This document shows, piece by piece, positions 34,924-45,654 of a stretch of DNA of 64,000 nt. The stretch is taken from IMG/VR virus record IMGVR_UViG_3300044701_003213, positions 1,508-65,507 of that record. One strand, given 5' to 3'. This DNA comes from a virus. Taxonomy: Duplodnaviria; Caudoviricetes. The notes beneath the pieces are model-generated. The model saw nothing but the letters and a program-made list of their open reading frames with translations, searched no databases and was not told where the DNA came from. The position numbers and the translations under genes were made by a program. The number at the start of each line of letters is the position of its first letter. Positions within the stretch are counted from its first letter, which is position 1.

Positions 34924-37900
34924 ATGGGTCTTAGTCGCTTAGATAATTTTCTAAAAAATACAAAAGGGGAGATACTCTATGTTGATCCTTCTAGCTTAGA
35001 CTCAACAGATAGTATTGAGAATCAAGGAAACTCTCTCGCAAGACCCTTCAAAACTATCCAAAGAGCTTTAGTTGAAGCAGCTAGATTTTCATACCAAGTT
35101 GGTAGAGAAAATGATAGATTTGGAAAAACTACTATCCTTCTCTATCCAGGAGAACATATTGTAGATAATAGACCTGGATGGATACCAACAGGAGATGGTA
35201 ACTATTATACTAGGTCTGGTAATTTTACGAATGATTTGCCGCCATTTGATCTAACTACAAATTTTGATCTACTAGCTGATAATAATAGTCTTTATAAACT
35301 CAATAGTATTCATGGTGGTGTTATAGTACCTAGAGGTACTTCTATCGTTGGTCTTGATTTAAGAAAAACAAAGATAAGACCAAGATATGTCCCCAACCCA
35401 GAAAATGATAATATCGAGAGATCTGCGGTCTTTAGATTAACTGGATCCTGCTACATGTGGCAGTTTAGTCTATTTGATGCTGATCCAAATGCAATTTGCT
35501 ATAAGGATTATACAAATAATACTTTTGTTCCAAACTTTTCTCATCATAAATTAACTTGCTTTGAATATGCCGATGGTGTAAATCCAGTCAATATTAATGA
35601 TGACTTTTTAGTATGGTTTGATGGTAACAAAACAGACTTAGATTGCTATTATAATAAGATTGGTGCAGTTTATGGAACGAGCAGCGGTAGACCTATTGAA
35701 CCTGAAACTGTAAATAATCCACTAGATATTGAAGCAAAAGTTGATGAGTATAGAATTGTAGGATCTAGAGGTGCAGAAGTGGGTATCTCTAGCATTAGAG
35801 CTGGAGATGGTGTTATTTCATCAAATACAATCACGGTAACACTAAATGAACCATTAGATGGATTGGATGTTGATACTCCTATTCAAATCCAAGGTATTAC
35901 TGTTAATGGATATACCGGACAATTTGTTGTTAGTGAAATAATTAGTGATACCGTAATTGAGTATCAATCTCAAACGGCACCATTAACTCCTTTACCATCC
36001 GTATCTGAAATTGCAGAAGCGAGTCTAAGTATAGTCGCTGATACCGTAACATCAGCATCTCCATATATCTTTAATATTTCTCTACGTTCCGTATATGGAA
36101 TGTGTGGATTACATGCTGATGGAAGCAAAGCTGATGGATTTAAGAGTATTGTTGTAGCACAGTTCACTGGTATTGGTCTTCAAAAAGATAATAAGGCTTT
36201 CGTTAAGTATAACCCAGAGTCTGGATCATATGAAGATTCTTCTAGTATCGCTAATCTATATTCAGATTCTTTATCCAGATACAAACCATCTTATGAGAGT
36301 TATCATGTAAAGGCAAGTAATAATGCTTTCATTCAAATAGTTTCTGTATTTGCTATTGGTTATGGAGTTCATTTCCTCGCAACAAGTGGAGGAGATCTTT
36401 CCATAACAAACTCAAACTCCAACTTTGGAGCAAAATCTTTAGTATCAAAAGGATTTAGAAATAAATCTTTTCCAAAAGATGATGTTGGATATATTACTCA
36501 TATAATTCCACCAAGAGAAACAGAATTTTCTGATATTAGTGTTGAATTTACCTCCATTGATATTCAACAGAGTGTCGGTGTTGGAACTACATCTCATCTT
36601 TATTTGTATAATGAAAAAAATCAAGTCATATCTCCAGAAACAGTAATTGATGGATATAGACTTGGAGCTAAACGAAATGATAGACTGTATGTTGATATAG
36701 AGGTTTCTGGAATATCAACTCAATATCAGGCTAGAATAGTGATGCCTGGTACTGAAACCAGTTATGAAAAGTCATTTACTGTTGCTAAGAAGGTAAATGG
36801 AATATCAAATGAAATAACAGCAAATACTATAACATTTATAGAAAATCATAGTTTTGAAAATGGCGAGACAATAAGAATAGTTAGTGATACTGGTCAAATA
36901 CCAGATGGATTAATTAATGGTCAAGTTTATTATGCAATTACTAGTGGTTTGTCTGCAGATAAGATTCAAATTGCTAAAACATTTAATGATGCATTAATTG
37001 GACAAGAAACGACAATTTATAGCAATGAAACAAGCACTGTACGTGTTATTAGTAGAGTATCCGATAAGAAGTCTGGAGAAATTGGACATCCTATCCAATG
37101 GGATACTTTTAACAATCAGTGGTACGTTAATGTTTCTAGTACTGATAATACAATAACCCCATTACTATCATCGTTATCTGGACAATCTACACCAAGAACA
37201 TATATTCTAAGACAACCAGATACTAGACCATTAACTGATAGAATATACAGATTGCGGTATGTAATACCAAAAGATACTCCGTTTACATCTAGACCCCCTA
37301 CTGAAGGATATGTTATTCAAGAGTCTAGTGATGTGTTCAGTACCCAATCTGAAACTGAAAAATATTATAGTCTTTCCGAAAAAACACTTTCAGATAGTTC
37401 AGAGCTAAGAAACTTTAGATTTATATCAAATGCTACCTGGAGTGCTGGATCAGTTACCTTCACTACAGAACTTCCCCATAATTTGAGTATTGGATCTATT
37501 GTTTATATTGGTAATGTAACAAGTACTCAAAATCCATCTGGAGATGACTATGTTGCATATAATGGAGAATATTATGTTGATTCTATTCCAAATTCAAGGC
37601 AATTTGTAGTAGAGTTGTCGAGTGATCCTGGGACATTTACAAATAATACCTCAGTAAGAAATGAAAATCTACCTTATTTCTATAAGAGTAGATATACTGG
37701 AACATATACGATTTATAGGTCTGAGGAAGTTCAGAGATACGTTAGAGATCAACAAGATGGTGTATATTATTTAATAGTAACAAATACATCGAATACCCCT
37801 ATAGTATCTCCTTTTGAACTTGAGAATTTTGGACAACCAATTCAGAATCTTTATCCACAGATCAATAGAGATAATCCAACAATAGATCCAAAGGCATCTG

Positions 37901-40900
37901 TATCATATGCTCTTCCCGATCCAGTTGGTCAGGTGATAGTAGATGATCCAGAATCTAGTATTACAAAAGAGACTATCAATAAAATCTACTCTGATTTTAA
38001 TGTTGGTATTGCTATTACTAATATTATATCCACACCGTCTTCAGGAATAGCTCATACAATATACACTAGCATTGACCATAACTTAAATAGAATTTCAAAA
38101 CTTTCCATTATTAATCCTGGATTTGGATATGGTAGTGGTTCTAATCAGGTAGTGTACAATGCATCTCTAGTAGGAACATCAAATTCTGTAACTGGAAATA
38201 ATGCAACTGCTGTTATCAGTATTGATGGAACTGGATCACTTACTGGCGTCAAAGTTATGGACGGTGGAGGTGGTTATAATATTGGTGATAGATTATTTGT
38301 TGTTGGCGTTGGAACAACCGTAGGATATACTACAGCAATCGTAGAAGTTTCTAAGACTTATAATAATATTGGTGATACTCTTTATGTTAATAATATAGAT
38401 TCACTATATGATGAGTATAATACTCTATACAGAATTACTGGTATATCAACATTAAGTCAAAGAGTCTTATTTGTCGAATCCTCTAGACAAATAAATGGTA
38501 TCTCTACACTTGGAGTTGGACAAACAGTTGTTAATTCTGCGAAAGCATATATTTTAGGTCCAACTATTGGTATTTCTTCTTTATCATATAACCAAAATAC
38601 TGGTGTTGTTTCCTTCACCACATTGCAAAATCACCCATTCTTACTTGGTGATAAAGTTAGAATTAGCGGTGCTAACTATAGCGGATACAATGATGATTTC
38701 ATTGTTACTAAGTTTGTTAATAACACAAGATTTGAGGTTAATGTTGGTATTGGTACAACTGTTCCAAATGCACTAGGAACAATATATGCATATAAAAATG
38801 GATTTGATTCGCGTGGTGGATTAATTACAAGACAAAATGAAAGTATTTCTGGAAGACAAATTCCAACTTATGATAACCTAAGTACAACTCTTTCTGGTGC
38901 AGTTTCCTCAGCAGACATTGCAAATATCAGTCTCACATCAGTCAATGATCTTGACTTGGAGTTGGGTGATTATTTACAAATTAATGATGAGGTAATGAGA
39001 GTTAGAGAATCTGTTGATGGTAATCCAGTTTCTGTATTCAGAGGAGTTCTTGGATCCAGAAGAAGCACTCACAATGTTGGCGCTGTAGTTAGAAGAATTA
39101 GACCAATACCAGTAGAATTAAGAAGAAACTCTATTATCAGAGCATCTGGTCACACTTTCGAATATCTTGGATATGGTTCTGGAAATTATTCAACTGCTTT
39201 CCCAGAAAGGCAAGATAGACAACTAACTGCCCAAGAAGAACTTCTTTCTCAATCATCTAAAGTTGATGGTGGAGTTGTCGCATTCACTGCGATGAATAGT
39301 AATGGTGATTTCTATATTGGAAATAAAAAATTAAATTCCACAACAGGAAAAGAAGAAGTATTTGATGCTCCAGTTCCAACTGTAACTGGAGAAGATATTA
39401 CATCTCCAGATTCTGTTGGATTTGATGTTCAAAATGTAGCGGAAACAACTGTAAGAAGATCAATAAAAGTTGAAGGTGGAACTGATGGAAACATTATTTC
39501 AGAATTCAATGGTCCAGTTATCTTTAATAACAAGGTAACATCAACTTCAACTAAAGGAATTGAAGCTGAATCTCTGTATCTGCAGGGAGATGTGAAAATT
39601 TCAAGAAAGTATACTACATCAAATACTAAGCCAACTTATGAAGGAAATGCGGGAGACGTAGTTTATAATGCATCTCCTGATAGTGGAGGAACTTTTGGAT
39701 GGGTTTACACTACATCCAATAGATGGGAAGATTTTGGTCTTATTTCTGAAATAGTTCCATTATCTAGAAACCTTGGAATTTCTACTTACGGAGAATATCT
39801 TGGAGTTACAACTAGTTTAAATCTTATTGGACTTGGCGTATCTATTTCTGGTGGAGTAGATGTTAGTAGTGGAATTGCTACATTAACTTTATTCTCAAGT
39901 TCAGTAGAGCCACAATATCTACTTGTTGCTGGAGTATCAACATTCCAGAATGATGTTATAACTAATGATATTGTATTTGTTAATAGAGGAGCTGTAGTTG
40001 CAGGAGTGACTACATTTAATTCCCAAATTAGAGCAAATGCTGGTATTCAAGTTTTCAGTGGAGCATCCATTGACGATTTAAATGTTACTGGGTCAATCAT
40101 TACTACGGAATTAAATACTACTAATTTTACAAATTCTACAGCAAACTTTGCTGGTGATGTATCTGCAGGAAATACATCAAGATCTGCAAACACAGTTATT
40201 CAGTCTCTATCAGGAGATAATAATACAGCAGGTTTTGAAGCATTTGGCGATACACAAGGGACTGGATATCTTTATGTTGGATCACGTTCAACAAGAGGTG
40301 GAGGAGTTTCTTATAATGGAAACCTGTCCCCATCTTTTGCATTAAATGAGGAAGCAGATTCTATTTCATTCTACAGAAGAAATTCTAGTATTAATAGTGT
40401 AGTATTTTCGTATCCATACAACTCCAATGATGTTACTTTTACTGGTAATATTTTTGCAAATGATATTACTATATCAAATGTTGCAGCATCTGGAAACTTA
40501 TCAGTAACTGGTAGTATATCTACTTCCAGAAATATAAATTCTACTGGTATTTCTACACTACCAACTATTGTAACAAATTCAGTTAGTGTTAATAATTCAC
40601 TGAATATTACTGGAACAGTATCCCAGAATGTAGTTTCTGTTGGAGTAGGAACTGTTATTAATTGCTCACTAGGTAATTACTTTACTGCTACTGTTAATTC
40701 TAATACTACATTCTCATTTAGTAATGTTCCTGCTTCTGGTGTATTTGGTGTTACGATTGAAATCACTCATGTATCTGGAAGTATTTCGTGGCCTTCTTCT
40801 GTTAAATTCCCAGAGGATCAAGCTCCCTTGTTAACAGCAGGAAAAACTCATCTATTCATGTTTGTTACCGATAATGGTGGATCCAGATGGAGAGGTGCCG

Positions 40901-40923
40901 CTCTATTTGATTATGTGGATTGA
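34924..40923 (+). CDS. Large virion structural / tail-fibre-like protein (1999 aa)
   Basis: MGLSRLDNFLKN..ILYV..GNSLARPFKTIQRAL start; beta-rich S/T/G/N composition; C-terminal GNYFTATV...WPSSVKFP domain. Confidence 0.8.
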   Translation: MGLSRLDNFLKNTKGEILYVDPSSLDSTDSIENQGNSLARPFKTIQRALVEAARFSYQVGRENDRFGKTTILLYPGEHIVDNRPGWIPTGDGNYYTRSGNFTNDLPPFDLTTNFDLLADNNSLYKLNSIHGGVIVPRGTSIVGLDLRKTKIRPRYVPNPENDNIERSAVFRLTGSCYMWQFSLFDADPNAICYKDYTNNTFVPNFSHHKLTCFEYADGVNPVNINDDFLVWFDGNKTDLDCYYNKIGAVYGTSSGRPIEPETVNNPLDIEAKVDEYRIVGSRGAEVGISSIRAGDGVISSNTITVTLNEPLDGLDVDTPIQIQGITVNGYTGQFVVSEIISDTVIEYQSQTAPLTPLPSVSEIAEASLSIVADTVTSASPYIFNISLRSVYGMCGLHADGSKADGFKSIVVAQFTGIGLQKDNKAFVKYNPESGSYEDSSSIANLYSDSLSRYKPSYESYHVKASNNAFIQIVSVFAIGYGVHFLATSGGDLSITNSNSNFGAKSLVSKGFRNKSFPKDDVGYITHIIPPRETEFSDISVEFTSIDIQQSVGVGTTSHLYLYNEKNQVISPETVIDGYRLGAKRNDRLYVDIEVSGISTQYQARIVMPGTETSYEKSFTVAKKVNGISNEITANTITFIENHSFENGETIRIVSDTGQIPDGLINGQVYYAITSGLSADKIQIAKTFNDALIGQETTIYSNETSTVRVISRVSDKKSGEIGHPIQWDTFNNQWYVNVSSTDNTITPLLSSLSGQSTPRTYILRQPDTRPLTDRIYRLRYVIPKDTPFTSRPPTEGYVIQESSDVFSTQSETEKYYSLSEKTLSDSSELRNFRFISNATWSAGSVTFTTELPHNLSIGSIVYIGNVTSTQNPSGDDYVAYNGEYYVDSIPNSRQFVVELSSDPGTFTNNTSVRNENLPYFYKSRYTGTYTIYRSEEVQRYVRDQQDGVYYLIVTNTSNTPIVSPFELENFGQPIQNLYPQINRDNPTIDPKASVSYALPDPVGQVIVDDPESSITKETINKIYSDFNVGIAITNIISTPSSGIAHTIYTSIDHNLNRISKLSIINPGFGYGSGSNQVVYNASLVGTSNSVTGNNATAVISIDGTGSLTGVKVMDGGGGYNIGDRLFVVGVGTTVGYTTAIVEVSKTYNNIGDTLYVNNIDSLYDEYNTLYRITGISTLSQRVLFVESSRQINGISTLGVGQTVVNSAKAYILGPTIGISSLSYNQNTGVVSFTTLQNHPFLLGDKVRISGANYSGYNDDFIVTKFVNNTRFEVNVGIGTTVPNALGTIYAYKNGFDSRGGLITRQNESISGRQIPTYDNLSTTLSGAVSSADIANISLTSVNDLDLELGDYLQINDEVMRVRESVDGNPVSVFRGVLGSRRSTHNVGAVVRRIRPIPVELRRNSIIRASGHTFEYLGYGSGNYSTAFPERQDRQLTAQEELLSQSSKVDGGVVAFTAMNSNGDFYIGNKKLNSTTGKEEVFDAPVPTVTGEDITSPDSVGFDVQNVAETTVRRSIKVEGGTDGNIISEFNGPVIFNNKVTSTSTKGIEAESLYLQGDVKISRKYTTSNTKPTYEGNAGDVVYNASPDSGGTFGWVYTTSNRWEDFGLISEIVPLSRNLGISTYGEYLGVTTSLNLIGLGVSISGGVDVSSGIATLTLFSSSVEPQYLLVAGVSTFQNDVITNDIVFVNRGAVVAGVTTFNSQIRANAGIQVFSGASIDDLNVTGSIITTELNTTNFTNSTANFAGDVSAGNTSRSANTVIQSLSGDNNTAGFEAFGDTQGTGYLYVGSRSTRGGGVSYNGNLSPSFALNEEADSISFYRRNSSINSVVFSYPYNSNDVTFTGNIFANDITISNVAASGNLSVTGSISTSRNINSTGISTLPTIVTNSVSVNNSLNITGTVSQNVVSVGVGTVINCSLGNYFTATVNSNTTFSFSNVPASGVFGVTIEITHVSGSISWPSSVKFPEDQAPLLTAGKTHLFMFVTDNGGSRWRGAALFDYVD

Positions 40924-40925
40924 TA

Positions 40926-40982
40926 GGACAGTTTAAAAGGTGTCCACTGAACCCATCGGATCGATCCGATGGGTTTTATAAT
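40926..40982 (+). promoter_or_regulatory. Repeated early-promoter element, copy 1 (contains a perfect 26-bp palindrome, 40950-40975)
   Basis: GGACA-N10-TGTCC; TATAAT at 40977. Confidence 0.7.
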
Positions 40983-41002
40983 ATGGAGAGACGCAAGGCA
41001 TT

Positions 41003-41110
41003 ATGAGGTTTTCAAACCTAGATCGAATCCTATTTGTTGGAAGTTTTATGCTTCTTATGAATTGGGGAGTTCGTATTACTAATGCACTTTTAAATTATGC
41101 TTTCTCTTGA
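41003..41110 (+). CDS. Small membrane peptide (35 aa)
   Basis: Manual translation: MRFSNLDRILFVGSFMLLMNWGVRITNALLNYAFS. Confidence 0.55.
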   Translation: MRFSNLDRILFVGSFMLLMNWGVRITNALLNYAFS

Positions 41111-41525
41111 ATTATCTGGTTACAATTATAGCAAAAAACTATGCAGAAGTATAGTCAATTGGTTTATTACTAAGCACTTACCAAATCATAAACTTTTTAT
41201 TGAGGTAAATCATAGAGGACTTTATCGAGAAGGAGTTTATGGTTGGTGTACTGTAGAAGATTGCAATTATCGTCCTAGAGAATTTTTGATAGAAATTCAT
41301 AATTTTCTTACAGTTGAAGACTATACCAAAACTTTATTGCATGAATTGTGGCATGTTTATCAGCATGTAAAGGGACACCTGAAAGATAAACATCAAAAAC
41401 GTTTGTGGAAAGGTATTGATTATACTGATACTGACTATGAAAATCAACCTTGGGAAATTCAATCTCGATCAATGGAACAAGTTCTGTATCTGTATTACTT
41501 GACAGATACCCAGTGTCCTGTCTAG
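41097..41525 (+). CDS. HExxH zinc metallopeptidase-like protein
   Basis: TLLHELWHVYQH, YENQPWE. Confidence 0.75.
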   Translation: MLSLELSGYNYSKKLCRSIVNWFITKHLPNHKLFIEVNHRGLYREGVYGWCTVEDCNYRPREFLIEIHNFLTVEDYTKTLLHELWHVYQHVKGHLKDKHQKRLWKGIDYTDTDYENQPWEIQSRSMEQVLYLYYLTDTQCPV

Positions 41526-41528
41526 AAT
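41499..41528 (+). promoter_or_regulatory. Sigma70-type promoter
   Basis: TTGACA-N18-TAGAAT. Confidence 0.6.
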
Positions 41529-41567
41529 GCCTTTGTTGCGCTTAGAAAAAATCTAACTAAAATTAAA

Positions 41568-41789
41568 ATGGAAACTAAAAAGAAAAAGTCTAAGATTGTC
41601 TGCGTTACACCAGTTTCAAGTAAAGCTAAAAATCGATTTTGCAACATTATGAATAATCTTCATAGTTGTGTTGTTGAGAATGAAAAAATTATCGATGGTG
41701 TTGAATGTTTCTTTTTAGTTTCTCTAAATAAACAGTACTGTTTTTGGATTCCTAAGGTAGGAAATGAGCATTGGAAAATTGAAAAATGA
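41568..41789 (+). CDS. Hypothetical protein
   Basis: PVSSKAKNRF.N.M..LHSC. Confidence 0.7.
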   Translation: METKKKKSKIVCVTPVSSKAKNRFCNIMNNLHSCVVENEKIIDGVECFFLVSLNKQYCFWIPKVGNEHWKIEK

Positions 41790-41959
41790 AAGCATCCAAA
41801 TCAGATCTAATGCATCACAGATTGCAAGCTTGGCTTAGAGAAAACAGATGTAGTGATCTGGAGTATCTTGGCTTGCAAAATGGAGAACATTATTATAGAA
41901 TAGGATCACATAGAGTACCAGTTTCAAATATTGAGGGGTTTGATTTAGCCGATGAGTAA
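41786..41959 (+). CDS. Hypothetical protein (57 aa)
   Basis: ATGA overlap; manual translation MHHRLQAWLREN..DLEYLG. Confidence 0.65.
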   Translation: MKASKSDLMHHRLQAWLRENRCSDLEYLGLQNGEHYYRIGSHRVPVSNIEGFDLADE

Positions 41960-42671
41960 ACATCTTTTTAATAGTAATGCTGAAAAATTTTCAGCACCAA
42001 TACAAGTGGAAACAACATGTCATTTTATGCCCATGTTCAGTGTGCCTCTTCTTCATATTAGGATTAACAATTGGGAAGAAAAAAAACAAGATTTGCTGCA
42101 AATTTATTCATATTCCAAGAAAAATGCAATTCAAATAGGCGGTCCTGGTGATGTAAATACGGATTATCATTATAATTCTAAAAATTGCAATTCATACAGT
42201 CCTGCAATTTATGATATTCTTGAAGAAGAAATTCTCCTAGCAAAAGATGTTCTTTTCAATAAAGATGATTTTGAGCAGAAAAAAGATCCAGGATCTGAAT
42301 ATATGTTAGCTCCAGATGATCTTGATGATATCGATCTTGTAATGGAGAATTCATGGTTTGAAACAAGCACAAAGTTAACTCATCACGAAGTTCATACTCA
42401 TGGTCCTGTTGGATATAGTGTCGTTGTTTATATTCAATATGACGAGAGAGTTCATACACCAACTCAATTTGTGAATCCATATTTGTCCAATTTTATTGGT
42501 AATCCTCAAATTTATTCTCCTGCTCATCTGGTACAAGAAGGATCTATGATCTTATTTCCATCATCAGTTCTACATTACACATCTCCAAACTCTAGTGATG
42601 TTGAAAGAATTGTCCTCTCATTTAATTTTGTAACAAAAACAAAGTCAACTAGGGAGTATGTATTTGTATGA
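41952..42671 (+). CDS. 2OG-Fe(II) oxygenase (TIGR02466-like)
   Basis: HTHG, EGSMILFPSSVLHY, RIVLSFN. Confidence 0.85.
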   Translation: MSKHLFNSNAEKFSAPIQVETTCHFMPMFSVPLLHIRINNWEEKKQDLLQIYSYSKKNAIQIGGPGDVNTDYHYNSKNCNSYSPAIYDILEEEILLAKDVLFNKDDFEQKKDPGSEYMLAPDDLDDIDLVMENSWFETSTKLTHHEVHTHGPVGYSVVVYIQYDERVHTPTQFVNPYLSNFIGNPQIYSPAHLVQEGSMILFPSSVLHYTSPNSSDVERIVLSFNFVTKTKSTREYVFV

Positions 42672-43294
42672 TTCACTTTTTTCATTCTCCTTTTGTATTC
42701 TGGACAAAAGTTCCAAATCACAATCAACTAAAAGAATATCTTTTACCAAAAATTGAGAAAGATTATAGATTGAATGGTAAATCTTACCGAGATGAATCTT
42801 GTTGGGAATGCAACTCAACTTCATCTTTTCACTCCCCAGTTGATGTTGATAAGAGTATCTTAGCATATGAACCTCTTATTGATGCTATCTGGAATTCTTA
42901 CTCTGAATTTATTGATGAATTGATTGATTCGCAAATGTTATGTACTGAGGCGGAAATTGGAAATTATTCTGAATCTAGTCTCAGTAATCTTTGGTATAAT
43001 TATTACAATAAAGGAGAATTTCAAGAAACTCACGATCATAGCAATAAAAATGATTTCTCTGGCATCTATCTCCTTTCAATTCCAGAAGAATATAATACTA
43101 CTGCTTGGTACAATTATAATGCAGCAATTACTCCATTTGAAAATGGTTTATATTTTGGACAAAAAGATGCCCAAGAGCATGGAATTGGTGAGGGACACAT
43201 GCTCATTTTCCCATCAAAATTACTCCATCATGTACCACCCGCTTCTGGGACTAGGATAACTATTTCATATAATTTTAGATCTCCCAATGCCTAA
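42668..43294 (+). CDS. 2OG-Fe(II) oxygenase (TIGR02466-like)
   Basis: QETHDH, FSGIY, EGHMLIFPSKLLHHV, RITISYN. Confidence 0.85.
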   Translation: MIHFFHSPFVFWTKVPNHNQLKEYLLPKIEKDYRLNGKSYRDESCWECNSTSSFHSPVDVDKSILAYEPLIDAIWNSYSEFIDELIDSQMLCTEAEIGNYSESSLSNLWYNYYNKGEFQETHDHSNKNDFSGIYLLSIPEEYNTTAWYNYNAAITPFENGLYFGQKDAQEHGIGEGHMLIFPSKLLHHVPPASGTRITISYNFRSPNA

Positions 43295-43874
43295 AACATA
43301 TGCAAAAGTAATAAAGAAATTTATTTCTGAAAATGAAATAGATTCATTAAATTTATGGTCTATTAATAATTTTCAAAAAAATAGACATCAATATCATGAT
43401 CCTCATATGGATGACTATTATGAAGAAACTAGGTTTACTACAAGATTAGGAAACTCTGAGGATCACTCTAAAAAGGAATATCAAATTCAATATCCAAAAG
43501 TAGCTTTTGATATCCAAGATAGAATTATTGATTTATTTCGGATGGACGGAGTAAAAACTCCTCCATCTTATTTTAATGGTATTGTGAATGGAATTGGATT
43601 CGAAAATGGTTCAATATGTAAACATGTAGATCCAACATATTATGAAGGAACAGAGACCATGCACTGCAATATAATTACACAAAAAGCAGAGTCTGGTGGA
43701 ATTACGATTATTGAAGATGTAGAATATGATATTGAGGAGGGAGACTTATTATGCTATATTGTCTCTAAACAATATCATGAGGTAACAAAGACAACTGGAA
43801 AAAGAAATAGGATTTTGTGGGTGTTTGGATTCTGTATAGATCAAGAAAAAATAAATCACATTTTTGGTGATTGA
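43287..43874 (+). CDS. 2OG-Fe(II) oxygenase-like protein
   Basis: HVD, ESGG, YHEV, RILWVFGF. Confidence 0.75.
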   Translation: MPKTYAKVIKKFISENEIDSLNLWSINNFQKNRHQYHDPHMDDYYEETRFTTRLGNSEDHSKKEYQIQYPKVAFDIQDRIIDLFRMDGVKTPPSYFNGIVNGIGFENGSICKHVDPTYYEGTETMHCNIITQKAESGGITIIEDVEYDIEEGDLLCYIVSKQYHEVTKTTGKRNRILWVFGFCIDQEKINHIFGD

Positions 43875-43902
43875 TTAAATACTAACGGTAGCAATTAAGG
43901 AC

Positions 43903-44076
43903 ATGGACCAAAATCCAAAAATTATAGCAATAGATCTAATGATAGAAGATCTACATACCCGACATCATGAAATAAGATCTAATGCTAGTTATAATGAGTG
44001 TGCTGAAGAGTTGGAACTGATTAAAACTCAACTCATTGAATATTTGCACACAATGAGAAGTAATTTAGATGTTTAA
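43903..44076 (+). CDS. Hypothetical protein (57 aa)
   Basis: AAGGA RBS; manual translation MDQNPKIIAIDLMIEDLH. Confidence 0.6.
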   Translation: MDQNPKIIAIDLMIEDLHTRHHEIRSNASYNECAEELELIKTQLIEYLHTMRSNLDV

Positions 44077-44326
44077 TACTTCATACTACTTATCAATCTT
44101 TTTTGTATTCATTGTACTTGCATATATGATCTCCGTAGATCAAAATGTGGCTAGGTATATAATTTTATTGGGTAAACAAATAAAGATATTTTTTGAAAGA
44201 TTAATTTATATGATTAGATACCATCCTTCAAATCCAATAAGTAATTATCTTCTAACCAGAAGATCCTATAAAATAGCCAAAGAGTTACAAAAAGAATTTG
44301 AACTTAAAAATGAAAAAAGTGATTGA
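44069..44326 (+). CDS. Small membrane protein
   Basis: N-terminal TM segment; HPSNPI. Confidence 0.65.
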   Translation: MFNTSYYLSIFFVFIVLAYMISVDQNVARYIILLGKQIKIFFERLIYMIRYHPSNPISNYLLTRRSYKIAKELQKEFELKNEKSD

Positions 44327-44519
44327 TCAACAAGTCCACTCCGAAAAAAAATTTCATGAAGTGTTTCCATATGCACTAGAGTGGTTCGTTAAAGAAGGAA
44401 AGAAAAACCTTCAACATAACGCATATTTCCCATACGAAGATTATAGAAATGATTATGCAAGAAAACTTAAATCAAGTGGAGCAATTAAAATCAGAAGATA
44501 CAAAACAGAACCTAAGTAA
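44310..44519 (+). CDS. Hypothetical protein
   Basis: ORF overlapping both neighbours. Confidence 0.55.
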   Translation: MKKVIDQQVHSEKKFHEVFPYALEWFVKEGKKNLQHNAYFPYEDYRNDYARKLKSSGAIKIRRYKTEPK

Positions 44520-44715
44520 ATTGTATGATGATTGCTTTTATGTCCAACAAAAAAAATATGGACTCTGGTATTCTACCGACAAAGAAGGACAGGGACTTAT
44601 CACGGCTCTCACTGAAGAGCAATGTGTATCAGCAACCCGTTTTTATCTTAAGGGACGGCAGGAAGGTTTCTCTGAATCCAAAACTTATCAAGGCGAAGTG
44701 GGAGGGAAGTTGTGA
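44449..44715 (+). CDS. Hypothetical protein
   Basis: YDDCFYV..YGLW, TRFYLKGRQEG, GEVGGKL; start uncertain. Confidence 0.65.
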   Translation: MIMQENLNQVEQLKSEDTKQNLSKLYDDCFYVQQKKYGLWYSTDKEGQGLITALTEEQCVSATRFYLKGRQEGFSESKTYQGEVGGKL

Positions 44716-45170
44716 CTCATTCTCATAATGTATCAATTGAAAGAACATGTGGAGATTGCACATCCTGTTGTGAAGGGTGGTTATATGGTGAAGCATATGG
44801 ACACCAATTTAATCCTGGTCAACCATGTTTTTATCTATGCAAAAGTGGTTGTTCAATTTATGAAAAAAGACCAGAAGATCCATGTAGATTATTTAAATGT
44901 GTGTGGCTTGAAGAAGCAGATGTGTTTCCAGAATGGATGAAACCTAGTGAATCTAATATTATTTGTATAGAGAGAGAATGGGTTAATGAAAAAAAGGAAA
45001 CTACAGCATATCTAGCATTTACTGCTACTGGAAAAGAAATTGATACAAAAGCATATCATTGGATTATGAAATTTCATTATGAAAATAAAATCCCAATTAC
45101 AGTTCAACTTCATGATGATATTGGAATCTATGGTCCAGATGAATTTATTGACTACATACGTAATACGTGA
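44712..45170 (+). CDS. YkgJ-like cysteine-cluster (CxxCxxCC) protein
   Basis: CGDCTSCC...C...GCSIYEKRP..C..FKC. Confidence 0.75.
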   Translation: MTHSHNVSIERTCGDCTSCCEGWLYGEAYGHQFNPGQPCFYLCKSGCSIYEKRPEDPCRLFKCVWLEEADVFPEWMKPSESNIICIEREWVNEKKETTAYLAFTATGKEIDTKAYHWIMKFHYENKIPITVQLHDDIGIYGPDEFIDYIRNT

Positions 45171-45195
45171 TATAGTATAATTTTATATCAATTTT

Positions 45196-45333
45196 ATGAC
45201 TAAAAGAACTTATACGCAAAAAGATGGAACAATTTGGGAATGGGACGAGACTCCAGAACTTCTTCAGATCCTTAAAGAACTACACACAAACAACAACACA
45301 CCCAGCACTGGATCCAACAACCCCGTGGTATGA
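45196..45333 (+). CDS. Small hypothetical protein (45 aa)
   Basis: Manual translation MTKRTYTQKDGTIWEWDETPE; promoter-like TTGACT/TATAAT upstream. Confidence 0.55.
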   Translation: MTKRTYTQKDGTIWEWDETPELLQILKELHTNNNTPSTGSNNPVV

Positions 45334-45445
45334 TTGTTTATGCTATTGCGAAATCTGCGAAAGTTTGGGACCAATTCCTGGGCAACCATCTATTCGCAGA
45401 TTTATGGCTTATAGAAATTATTTAAAATCTGTTGGCGTACTGTGA
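45224..45445 (+). CDS. Hypothetical Cys-containing protein (start uncertain)
   Basis: LDPTTPWY..CYCEICESL; overlaps the preceding ORF. Confidence 0.5.
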   Translation: MEQFGNGTRLQNFFRSLKNYTQTTTHPALDPTTPWYDCLCYCEICESLGPIPGQPSIRRFMAYRNYLKSVGVL

Positions 45446-45654
45446 TGGTTAATAAACTCATAGAATGGTTTTTTTCTCCAACAGAAAAAATGATAGTTGA
45501 GGAAATTGATGTCTATTCAAAATTAATTGAATTAGAAGAAAAATACAATAAATTACTAGATGATGTGAAAATATTGCAGGAAGAAAATATAGAAACAACG
45601 AACATTCTTTACGAAATAGAAAATACACTGGATATGTATCAGAAAAATGATTAA
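45442..45654 (+). CDS. Hypothetical coiled-coil protein
   Basis: LQEENIETTNILYE. Confidence 0.65.
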   Translation: MMVNKLIEWFFSPTEKMIVEEIDVYSKLIELEEKYNKLLDDVKILQEENIETTNILYEIENTLDMYQKND

